Of a stretch of DNA of 32,000 nt, positions 20,491 through 28,459 are shown in pieces (within the stretch, counting starts at the first letter, position 1; every line of letters starts with the position of its first letter). This DNA comes from Acholeplasma laidlawii PG-8A (GTDB lineage: Bacteria; Bacillota_I; Bacilli_A; Acholeplasmatales; Acholeplasmataceae). The stretch is from assembly GCF_000018785.1 (NCBI RefSeq), contig NC_010163.1, positions 930,001-962,000 of the forward strand, in the 5' to 3' direction. Under the pieces are notes generated by a model. The model had not been told where the DNA came from and made no database searches. It worked only from the letters and a program-made list of their open reading frames with translations. The position numbers were made by a program, and so were the translations under genes.

Positions 20491-20805
20491 TTATGAAAAT
20501 AACTTATATTTTTTATAATACCTTAAAATTGGAAGTCCCATTAATAATCCTCCAATAATAATTGGAATAATCATTAGTATAGGAACAATATCCTGAATAT
20601 AGACGATCTGGTTAACCCATGAATATCCTAGAAGAAACAGAATAAGTATTCCCAACCAAATCAAACCAGATGAAAAAACATATAAGAATAGTGTTTGAAA
20701 GCTAAATTTTTCAATTTTGCTTCTATTAAAGAATATATATACATAGTTTATAACTACTCCAAATACAGGAATACACATCAAATATAACATTTTTTTATCT
20801 ATCAT
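20491..20805 (-). CDS. Hypothetical small membrane protein
   Basis: Three hydrophobic segments; ATG at 20803-20805 overlaps the TGA stop (20802-20804) of the upstream interrupted gene (ATGA). The track begins at an upstream TTG (20811). Confidence 0.55.
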   Translation of the reverse strand: MIDKKMLYLMCIPVFGVVINYVYIFFNRSKIEKFSFQTLFLYVFSSGLIWLGILILFLLGYSWVNQIVYIQDIVPILMIIPIIIGGLLMGLPILRYYKKYKLFS

Positions 20806-21182
20806 GACCAAAACCTTCCATTAAATAAGTCTTCAAAAAATTCTACCCAGTCTATTTCTAGATAGACCTCACCACAAGCACCAATAGCGGCACCAACCCT
20901 TATTCCTTGAGAAAAATCAATAGTAATTCCCCAACCAACATAAGTTTCAACTCCAATCGATACTGAATCTCCTAATCTAATTCCTGCTTCACCTCAAATA
21001 ATCTTAATTATTCCAGAAAATCCGGCTCCAAGTTTTGCATTTGCAACAATCGTTTCTTCAATTGTTTTTGTTGTAAATAACATAATAAAACAACCCACTA
21101 TAATAAATAGTGAAAATGGAATCATAAATATACTTAATATTTTGATAGCTACAGTTGGACCTTTTGGCTTTGTAACAACCAT
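20802..21182 (-). pseudogene. Hypothetical membrane protein interrupted by one in-frame TGA
   Basis: Track ORF 20994-21182 ends ...SGIIKII-TGA (20994-20996) and the same frame continues GEAGIRLGDSVSIGVETYVGWGITIDFSQGIRVGAAIGACGEVYLEIDWVEFFEDLFNGRFWS to the next TGA at 20802-20804. Confidence 0.65.
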
Positions 21183-21203
21183 TATGAATACCTCTTATAT
21201 CTT

Positions 21204-21909
21204 TCATCTAATCTTTTTATTTACTATTTCTTTTAATTTAATCATATTAGATATCTCATAATCTGGAATAATATTAGAATCGTTTATATTTTGATTAGGG
21301 TTATACCATACAGATTTTATATTTGCATTTTTTGCTACTAATATATCATTAGTTAATGAATCACCCACAACTAATGCTTCAGTAGCATTTAAATTTGTAT
21401 ATCTTAATATACTTTTAAATATTTTAGGATTTGGTTTATTAACACTCACTTCTTCAGATGCAACTATACGCGTTATATATTTACCAAATGATGTATTTAT
21501 TATTCTTGGATACTGTAAGTCAACTAAACCATTTGTTGCAACACAAACTATTATTTCATTATCATATAGATACTTAACAATTTTATGAGATGATTCTAAT
21601 GGAAATACTGCTTGTTTAAATCCTTCCATGTAAAGTTTGTTTGCAAGTGCAGAATCAATCGAATCAATCTCGCATATTTCAAAAAGAAGTTTAAATCTAA
21701 AAATAGGGATATCTTTATTTGCGACTTGTATATCATTATAACTGCCCGTCTCCCATAAACTATGATCTATTTTAGAAAACGTAGAAAAAAGATCAAAACT
21801 CGGTATTATATTTAGTTTATTACACATATACTCTAATCCAAATTGTTCACATTTTAAAAAAGTCTATCAATGTATTATCAGCATCAAAAATCACTAATTT
21901 ATACGACAT
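21204..21909 (-). pseudogene. HAD-superfamily hydrolase (YjjG/YfnB-like) with N-terminal frameshift
   Basis: Frame 1 from ATG 21909 reads MSYKLVIFDADNTLIDFFKM-TGA; ignoring one T in the T6 run (+ strand A6 at 21856-21861) gives MSYKLVIFDADNTLIDFLKCEQFGLEYMCNKLNI..., joining the track ORF 21204-21827, which has VVGDSLTNDILVAKNANIKSVWYN. Confidence 0.75.
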
Positions 21910-21985
21910 AGTTTTCTCCTTTCAACATTCACTTACATTTACTCATTTAACCCTATATTAAGCCTATTTATTGAAAAAATACATA

Positions 21986-22456
21986 CTACCTTTGCATAAT
22001 CTTATTATGTTTCGAGTATAATTCAGAAAACATTTTATAATTATCCTGTAAATGGGAAATACCAAATATTCGTTTCTTACCTAAATATACACGATATGCT
22101 GTTTTATAATCGATAACACGTAAGTCTTGATATAAATATTTTTTCTTTCTACCAAACAAGTTAGTGTGTATACAATATGTATCAAATACTTCTATTTTCC
22201 AGTTTATATTGTTGATAAGTAAAAATAGTGAACCTAAAAAAATAATACCCAGAAATGCAAGGGCAGCTATTGCACCTTCAATATCGCTACTTAAAGCTTC
22301 CTTTTCAAATACAATTAAGTATAGTGCTACAAATAATAGTCCAACTAATACTATCGGAAGTATTTTATTATATATTAAGGGTTGCTTGATGATAAATTTA
22401 TTCGTATCATCCATAACTTTTGGGTTGTTGTTTATTTTCAAATATAACTCCTCCAT
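21986..22456 (-). CDS. Hypothetical membrane protein, two TM segments plus PH-like C-terminal region
   Basis: 156 aa; two hydrophobic segments followed by a beta-rich region (IEVFDTYCIHTNLFGRKKKYLYQDLRVIDYKTAYRVYL). Confidence 0.55.
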   Translation of the reverse strand: MEELYLKINNNPKVMDDTNKFIIKQPLIYNKILPIVLVGLLFVALYLIVFEKEALSSDIEGAIAALAFLGIIFLGSLFLLINNINWKIEVFDTYCIHTNLFGRKKKYLYQDLRVIDYKTAYRVYLGKKRIFGISHLQDNYKMFSELYSKHNKIMQR

Positions 22457-22563
22457 TTTTTATTATCTATGCCTTACTTTAAATTAATTAAATTGTATTT
22501 ATGTTGTTTTATCAATATATAATTTCTTTGATACCTTGAACTTTGATTTAATTACCTAATTTC

Positions 22564-23445
22564 TTATATACCTAAAATTGTAAAACAACCGGATTCATAA
22601 ATACTTTCTTCTGCCCAGAGTCGTAATTCATCTATTATTACTTTAACCATCTCATTTTCGTAGATCACCTGATTTAGTATAGTATTCCAAGTTGTCTCAT
22701 TAACTAAACTTTTTCCAAAATAATCATAATTTGGAATAACTCTCGAAAAAAACTCACCCATCTTATGTTTTTCCATGATATCTTCATGCAACAATATCGA
22801 TGTTTTATCCCAATACACATCTTTTTTGTCTCCCGTTTGAAATTCATGATATGCTGTACCAATCTTTTGTCTCGGTAAAACAAAATATTGAAGTGGTTTT
22901 CCATTAAGTGTATACTCTTCATTTATTGAATTTAATCTTCTTACTGCAAATATTTCAGCTTCATGATAGTTATCAAAATTGAAATAAGCTTGATTATACT
23001 CTTTATACCAATGTGGTAACATCTCTTTATATACATCAAGAATCTTAAGTGCAAAGTTAATTGAATAGGTATATTCAGTAACTCTAAATGAATTGTCATC
23101 TTTATGAATGAATAATATACTTTTTTCATCATTTGATGTATATTTTTTTATATAATTAACACCTTCTAATTGTTTTATACCGATTTTTTCAATCAATACA
23201 TCAGTATTTAACAATCTATCCGTTTCATCAAAATATAATCCTGTATGCGTAAAACCTGTATTTTTAATGGTAATTAGTTGGAAATTATTTTTAAGTTCAT
23301 ACACTATAAAATGCAAATCTAGTGTTTTATTGTAAACTAAGCTATATGTTGACTTAGTAACCTTATCTTTTAGAAATTTTTTATATCTAATAATCTTCTT
23401 TTCTTTAATGGTTATAGAGTCTTCAAATATATTTATGTCATTCAA
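22564..23445 (-). CDS. Hypothetical protein
   Basis: 293 aa intact ORF; 4-nt overlap with upstream ORF 23442-23657. Confidence 0.65.
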   Translation of the reverse strand: MNDINIFEDSITIKEKKIIRYKKFLKDKVTKSTYSLVYNKTLDLHFIVYELKNNFQLITIKNTGFTHTGLYFDETDRLLNTDVLIEKIGIKQLEGVNYIKKYTSNDEKSILFIHKDDNSFRVTEYTYSINFALKILDVYKEMLPHWYKEYNQAYFNFDNYHEAEIFAVRRLNSINEEYTLNGKPLQYFVLPRQKIGTAYHEFQTGDKKDVYWDKTSILLHEDIMEKHKMGEFFSRVIPNYDYFGKSLVNETTWNTILNQVIYENEMVKVIIDELRLWAEESIYESGCFTILGI

Positions 23446-23657
23446 AAATACTTTTGATTATAAGCTATATAATAACTATCATAATAGTTACCTTTTATGG
23501 TTAGAACCATAAAAAAGATACTTGATATACCTGTTATGATTGTTTGAAATAAATCATAATTTGATTTACCAAAAATATATAAAATCAAAGACCCTATACT
23601 AAGTACACCAAATAAAATTGTAAATGAAAATGAAATTAAGAACTTTTTTACCTTCAT
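23442..23657 (-). CDS. Hypothetical small membrane protein
   Basis: 71 aa, two hydrophobic segments, ATGA-type overlap with the next gene. Confidence 0.6.
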   Translation of the reverse strand: MKVKKFLISFSFTILFGVLSIGSLILYIFGKSNYDLFQTIITGISSIFFMVLTIKGNYYDSYYIAYNQKYF

Positions 23658-23732
23658 GTCGTGCTCCCCATTTATTTAATTAACCCATCAAAGACTCTCT
23701 ACTTTTGCGCATAATTTATCCTTATATCTTTG

Positions 23733-24272
23733 TTACACTACTTTATCTCTGGTTTCTTCAAAATACTCTTCAAGTAAATAATTAGCCCATCTATTCGCTT
23801 CAATTTCTAGACTTCTATCCTTTCTTTTGTCTATTTCCATAAAAAACCATTGATAATAATGTGTTAATTCATGAGTTATTGTAAACAAAATATTCTTCAT
23901 TTCAGTATCTTTTTTATTGATTGGAACATAGTGATATTTACCAGTTGCAATCCAAATAAATGGATTTTTTTTAATATGATCTTCGTAATAATAAAAATCT
24001 CCAATAGTTTTTTTTGTTGAGTTTTCCTTCTCAAAAAATTCATTGTTAGACTTGATGAAAATGGTACATCTAATAGGAAAGTAGTATCTCCTTCTCAAAA
24101 ACTTAATAAAGTCGATAATTTTTTCTCTTAATTCCTGGACGATATATTCTGAAAACTTCATTCGCAGTCCATTTTCACTTCCATTGAAGTATATTTTCTT
24201 AAATTCCTTATCTATCCACACTTTGTTGATCACCTTTTCTTTTACCAACATTTTACTAATCATCATGGTCAA
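23733..24272 (-). CDS. Putative zinc metallopeptidase-like protein (zincin fold)
   Basis: 179 aa; FTITHELTHYYQWFF (HExxH) followed by SLEIEANRWANYLLEEY, a plausible third-ligand Glu helix. Confidence 0.6.
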   Translation of the reverse strand: MTMMISKMLVKEKVINKVWIDKEFKKIYFNGSENGLRMKFSEYIVQELREKIIDFIKFLRRRYYFPIRCTIFIKSNNEFFEKENSTKKTIGDFYYYEDHIKKNPFIWIATGKYHYVPINKKDTEMKNILFTITHELTHYYQWFFMEIDKRKDRSLEIEANRWANYLLEEYFEETRDKVV

Positions 24273-24318
24273 TAATCTTAAAAACTATCCCTATAATGAT
24301 ATCTAGTAAAAAAGGTAT

Positions 24319-24348
24319 AACACTTAATCGAATTATACCATTATTAGT
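24319..24348 (-). promoter_or_regulatory. Putative promoter upstream of the zincin-like gene (approximate coordinates)
   Basis: Minus strand TTGAGA -18 nt- TATAAT. Confidence 0.4.
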
Positions 24349-24622
24349 TGCTTTATCTCAACAATATATCAAATATACTTTAAATACATTTTAAATGTAT
24401 GTTGTCTCTACTTTGAGATGTCCATACACACGTATTATTGGCTAACTAATTTAAACATAGAAAATCATCACTACAGTCAAGCACTTCAAAAGATAAATTA
24501 CTTATAGATAATATTAATCAGCAAATTATTTTGAGAAGTTTAAGAAGGATTTTCTTGGACTCTATTGATCACATTATAAACAATAAAGAGCCCCTAGAAA
24601 ATAAATTCTAAGGACTCTAATT

Positions 24623-25009
24623 TTACTTATCAACGAATATTATGTATTTAGGTGAACCATACCCAATCTCTTCTTTAATAAATATTGCATGATTAAATAG
24701 TAGTATGTATGTTCCACCGCCAAATAAAGTATGATTAAGTGCCTTTTCGGGATGCACAAACTGTCCATCTATTTTCTCGTCATCAGAAATTACATAAATC
24801 GGACTCATAACTTTGCCTATAAGAAGATATTTGTAGATATCTTCATCACTTTTAAAAGATGCTTCTTTAAAATTATGTGACAAAATTGATGGTATTTTAC
24901 GGATAGAATCACCTCTCTTTTCACTATTAAATAACTCATAAATGACTCTATTCCTTTTGTTTTTATCGATGAATTTTTTCACAAACATTTCTTCTGTATT
25001 TTTATCCAT
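24623..25009 (-). CDS. Hypothetical protein
   Basis: 128 aa intact ORF; no family recognised. Confidence 0.5.
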   Translation of the reverse strand: MDKNTEEMFVKKFIDKNKRNRVIYELFNSEKRGDSIRKIPSILSHNFKEASFKSDEDIYKYLLIGKVMSPIYVISDDEKIDGQFVHPEKALNHTLFGGGTYILLFNHAIFIKEEIGYGSPKYIIFVDK

Positions 25010-25028
25010 AATTTCTTGTATATGAGAT

Positions 25029-25586
25029 CTATGATACTAATATGTTTAACAAGTTCATACCTGAAAATATTTGAATTGATACCATTTTCTTGTACTTTAT
25101 GTTCTTTGTAGTTATTATATCATCTATCGTCCACTCTTCCTTACTTGCTTTAATCTTTTCTTCTAGAATTTTTAGTTCATATGCCTTGTCACTATATTCT
25201 CTACCGAAGTGTTTAGTTAATAAATACACAGCTGAGTATTTATCAGCTGGTATATGTCTCGTAGTTCTTACAATCTTTCTTCTTGGTGCTCTAGTTTTAC
25301 CAGCATCATCTATATGCTGTGTTTCTTCTGTAACATCATAGCCTATCGCTCTTTTATAAAGTGCACCCGTTAGATCCATCTTTAAATTAATCTTTGCTTC
25401 AAATTGTGCTTTTTCAATTTCCGGATACTTTCTTTTTAGTCTTGTAAAAGTATCTTGAGTAATTCCTAAGTGCTTACACATTTCTTTTTGTGTGACTAAC
25501 TTTCTTGAACACTCTTTTATAAATTCAAAGACTTCATCTAGTTTTCTTGTTTCAACCCAAAGTTGATATGTGTCTTTATTTGCCAT
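25029..25586 (-). CDS. Phage-type protein resembling a terminase small subunit (HTH plus C-terminal helix)
   Basis: 185 aa; MCKHLGITQDTFTRLKRKYPEIEKA HTH-like, LYKRAIGYDVTEE...IPADKYSAVYLLTKHFGREYSDK patterns typical of small terminases; no large subunit nearby. Confidence 0.5.
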   Translation of the reverse strand: MANKDTYQLWVETRKLDEVFEFIKECSRKLVTQKEMCKHLGITQDTFTRLKRKYPEIEKAQFEAKINLKMDLTGALYKRAIGYDVTEETQHIDDAGKTRAPRRKIVRTTRHIPADKYSAVYLLTKHFGREYSDKAYELKILEEKIKASKEEWTIDDIITTKNIKYKKMVSIQIFSGMNLLNILVS

Positions 25587-25642
25587 AAATAAATCAATCC
25601 TCTCATTAGTACAAGTTTTGAGATTCTACGAATTTTCGCAAG

Positions 25643-25670
25643 AAAAAAAGGAACAATAATTGCTCCTTTT
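25643..25670 (-). terminator. Rho-independent terminator
   Basis: Minus strand AAAAGGAGCAATTATTGTTCCTTTTTTT. Confidence 0.65.
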
Positions 25671-25901
25671 AATCCTAGACTTTTAAAGCCAGATATCCTA
25701 GGGTAACTGTAGTATACGCTAAAACGTATCATTTGTAGTGTAGCCAATAGCGTACAAATAAACTTTATTTAACTCTTTTTATTCATTTTTTTATATGTGT
25801 TCAAATATATATCAACAGTATTTCAAGCGTATATTATTAATATATCAATACTACTTGAAGTTTGGCGTCAACACTAATTACTGGAAATGAGAATTACTAA
25901 C

Positions 25902-25938
25902 AAAAAGAGGATCATCACCTCAGTGAATCACCTCTTTT
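25902..25938. terminator. Terminator adjacent to the stop codon of 25944-26387
   Basis: aaaaagagg ... cctctttt inverted repeat with T-runs in both directions. Confidence 0.6.
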
Positions 25939-25943
25939 ATCAT

Positions 25944-26387
25944 TTATGGCTTTAACAGTTTACTCACATATAACAGTTCTGTTTCTGAATAGTTTTCTGA
26001 ATAATAATAGAGATAAACATAACTTTCAAAATACTTTGATTTTAACATTTCAGTAGTTTTATGATATTTATGTTTTTCTGTCATCCGAATAAATTCAACA
26101 TCGTCATTTAATGTAACAAAAATTTTAATGTTTCTCATTGCACCATTATCTATATCTGAAAGGACTTTTTCAAGATCACTTTCTTCAACAACTCTCAGTA
26201 AAATTTGACGACTATTAAGGACCGTTTTTTTGCTAATATTTTCTAAATTTTGATGATTATAATCATCAACTATAATCAAAATCTTACTATTTTTGATACT
26301 CAAAAACAACTTTTCTTTTAACACCTTTAAACAAGTGTCATTTACATCATTTTTGATTATACTATAATTTAATGTCTTATATCTCAT
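25944..26387 (-). CDS. Hypothetical protein
   Basis: 147 aa intact ORF; no family recognised. Confidence 0.5.
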   Translation of the reverse strand: MRYKTLNYSIIKNDVNDTCLKVLKEKLFLSIKNSKILIIVDDYNHQNLENISKKTVLNSRQILLRVVEESDLEKVLSDIDNGAMRNIKIFVTLNDDVEFIRMTEKHKYHKTTEMLKSKYFESYVYLYYYSENYSETELLYVSKLLKP

Positions 26388-26429
26388 AACAATTCTCCTA
26401 ATATTTTGTATCAGTTCATAAATAAAAAA

Positions 26430-28385
26430 TTAGAAAGAAACATCTAAGATTGTAATCATCAAGGCATCAAATTTAGATTTTCCATTCGTGTCAACTATTT
26501 TACTAATGAGGATACTCATGTATTTATCATCATAATCATTTGGAGTCAAATATGTATAATACTTAATTATTTCTGAGTGCACCTTTTCATAACCATCTGA
26601 TGTTATAATGACAAATGCAATTTCTATTTCTAGATAATGAATAGTTTCTAAAGAACCATTATAAACCTGATAACCCCATCGTCCATAACTACCAACAGGT
26701 GTATAACCAATGTCAAGAGAAACATCAATATTATCCATCACTTCCATTTCATATGTCTTATAATATTTATTTGGAAGTAATAATAACTCATCCCAGTTCT
26801 CGTTAAAATCACTTATTTTAAATGTTTTGCCATAGGTTTCAGATAAAGTAATTAATATTCCCTCCTCAATTCCTTTTGTAAGACTATCGAATAATTCTTC
26901 AATAAATAAATAATCTTTTTTTGAAACATTACCAGAATTACTTTTATATAGAAAATCTCTTTCATAATAGTAATTATATTTATCAACATAGGAGAATTGA
27001 GAATTTACTAAATCCATGACAATCATAAACTCATATCCGTTTAGATTATAATAAAATCCATATGCACCTTCTTTGTTATAGATAGCTTGACTATTAGAAT
27101 CATTGGATAAAAATTGAATGTATCCCTCACTATCATTTACAATAAAACTGTTGCTATTTGAAATATTAGTATAAAAGTCCCATATTAGTTCATATGGTTT
27201 TAGTTCTTTATAGTTTGCTACTATTTGGATGTTTTTTAATAAGGTGTATGGAAATATCAAAGGTTCATTTTCTAAAGACCAACCTGTAAAAATAAATCCA
27301 TTTTTTCTAGGTTCTTCTAAGTTATAAACAGTATCCGCATAATCAAAAATAATTTCGGTGTTTTCTAAAACTCCACCCTTTGTATCAATTGCTATTGTAT
27401 ATTTTGTTTTCTCTTCATGAATAATAGTTTTATACGTTTGATTACCAGATACTGCCTGAACTCCAGGAGACCAACCTCCAAACACATAAGTGATGGCGAC
27501 AGTAGGTTCATTGACAGGTACTACTCCATCAAAACTAGGTATAATTCCATATTCCACGTTTTCATCAATTTGTAAAACATTATCATCACTGTCTACCCAA
27601 GTTATAGTGTATGTTTTTAAGGTTTCTTTGAAAACTGCAATGTACTCTGTATTATCATTTGCTGGTACAACATTTGGGGACCAACCAATAAACTCAAAGG
27701 AATATTGAGAAGTTTCGTTTTTTACAGGCGTTATTCCATTATATTCTGGTGTAGCCCCATTCATAACGTCATTATCAGTTTCTAAAATTGATCCATTATC
27801 ATTTTTCCAACTTATCGTAAAAGTATTAGCAACTTCACTAAATATTGCAGTATATGTTTGTTCGCCATTTACCACAGTCATTACTGGTGACCAGCCGTTA
27901 AACTCATATCTTAATTCATTTGTTGATTTTTTTGAAGGAATAGTTCCAGTATAATTTGGTGTTACTCCCCATAATACATCTTCAATTTTAATAATTGTTC
28001 CATCATCATATTGCCATGTTATTTTATATTTTTGTTTTGTTGGATCATCAGAAGCTTTCATTGAATATGTTACAACGATAGAAACATCCTTCTTATAAAT
28101 ATCCCCACTTTTAAAAGTCTCTGAACCACCAATTTTAACACTTTTAGTCGTTCCTTCTTTTGTTATCCCCCAAAAGATATCATAAACTGCTTCAGTTTTA
28201 ATATTTGTAAAACCCCATACTTCAAGCTGCTCTACGACATCCTCATAATTTTTTCCAGCAAGTGATGTTGCTGACTCTCTTACTTTTACTTCATCTTCTG
28301 CAAGTTCAATGCTATCTTCACAACCTACTAAGACAAAAGCTGATAATATCAACAGTAATACAGTTACTATCCTTAGTTTTTTCAT
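26430..28385 (-). CDS. Lipoprotein with PASTA-like N-terminal domain and four InlB-B-like (Listeria-Bacteroides) repeats
   Basis: 651 aa; lipobox FVLVGC; LAGKNYEDVVEQLEVWGFTNIKTE...GDIYKKDVSIVVTYS; four ~70-aa units (ITW..DDG...W.P..NG...Y.A.F). Confidence 0.85.
   Translation of the reverse strand: MKKLRIVTVLLLILSAFVLVGCEDSIELAEDEVKVRESATSLAGKNYEDVVEQLEVWGFTNIKTEAVYDIFWGITKEGTTKSVKIGGSETFKSGDIYKKDVSIVVTYSMKASDDPTKQKYKITWQYDDGTIIKIEDVLWGVTPNYTGTIPSKKSTNELRYEFNGWSPVMTVVNGEQTYTAIFSEVANTFTISWKNDNGSILETDNDVMNGATPEYNGITPVKNETSQYSFEFIGWSPNVVPANDNTEYIAVFKETLKTYTITWVDSDDNVLQIDENVEYGIIPSFDGVVPVNEPTVAITYVFGGWSPGVQAVSGNQTYKTIIHEEKTKYTIAIDTKGGVLENTEIIFDYADTVYNLEEPRKNGFIFTGWSLENEPLIFPYTLLKNIQIVANYKELKPYELIWDFYTNISNSNSFIVNDSEGYIQFLSNDSNSQAIYNKEGAYGFYYNLNGYEFMIVMDLVNSQFSYVDKYNYYYERDFLYKSNSGNVSKKDYLFIEELFDSLTKGIEEGILITLSETYGKTFKISDFNENWDELLLLPNKYYKTYEMEVMDNIDVSLDIGYTPVGSYGRWGYQVYNGSLETIHYLEIEIAFVIITSDGYEKVHSEIIKYYTYLTPNDYDDKYMSILISKIVDTNGKSKFDALMITILDVSF
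27203..28028 (-). repeat. Four diverged ~210-bp repeats coding for InlB-B-like units
   Basis: Protein residues ~120-185, 189-254, 259-324, 329-394 align by eye (FNGWSP / FIGWSP / FGGWSP / FTGWSL). Confidence 0.75.
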
Positions 28386-28459
28386 TATTTTATTCGTATA
28401 CTCTTTTTTAATTTTAATTATTTTGAGTACACTGTCCCCTTTTTATTTTTTATTTTTCC

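Noticed and set aside
20994-21182. Idea that the whole window uses code 4 (TGA=Trp)
   Set aside because: Other genes use TGG for Trp and some end with plausible TGA stops (for example the 20802-20804 and 21204-21206 codons); core ORFs have no internal TGA, so only one local exception is seen.
22164-22487. + strand ORFs 22164-22487, 25090-25341, 27490-27708 and 28309-28569
   Set aside because: Antisense to intact minus-strand genes, composition-driven.
22704-23132. Same-strand ORFs 22704-22922 and 22941-23132
   Set aside because: Alternative frame of the longer intact 293-aa ORF 22564-23445.
25538-25747. Minus-strand ORF of 69 aa
   Set aside because: Spans a strong terminator (25643-25670) and overlaps the start of the phage-like ORF; unlikely to be coding.
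27203-28028. Possible CRISPR or tandem DNA repeat
   Set aside because: The ~210-bp periodicity is protein-level (InlB-B-like repeats); nucleotide copies are diverged and lie within one ORF.
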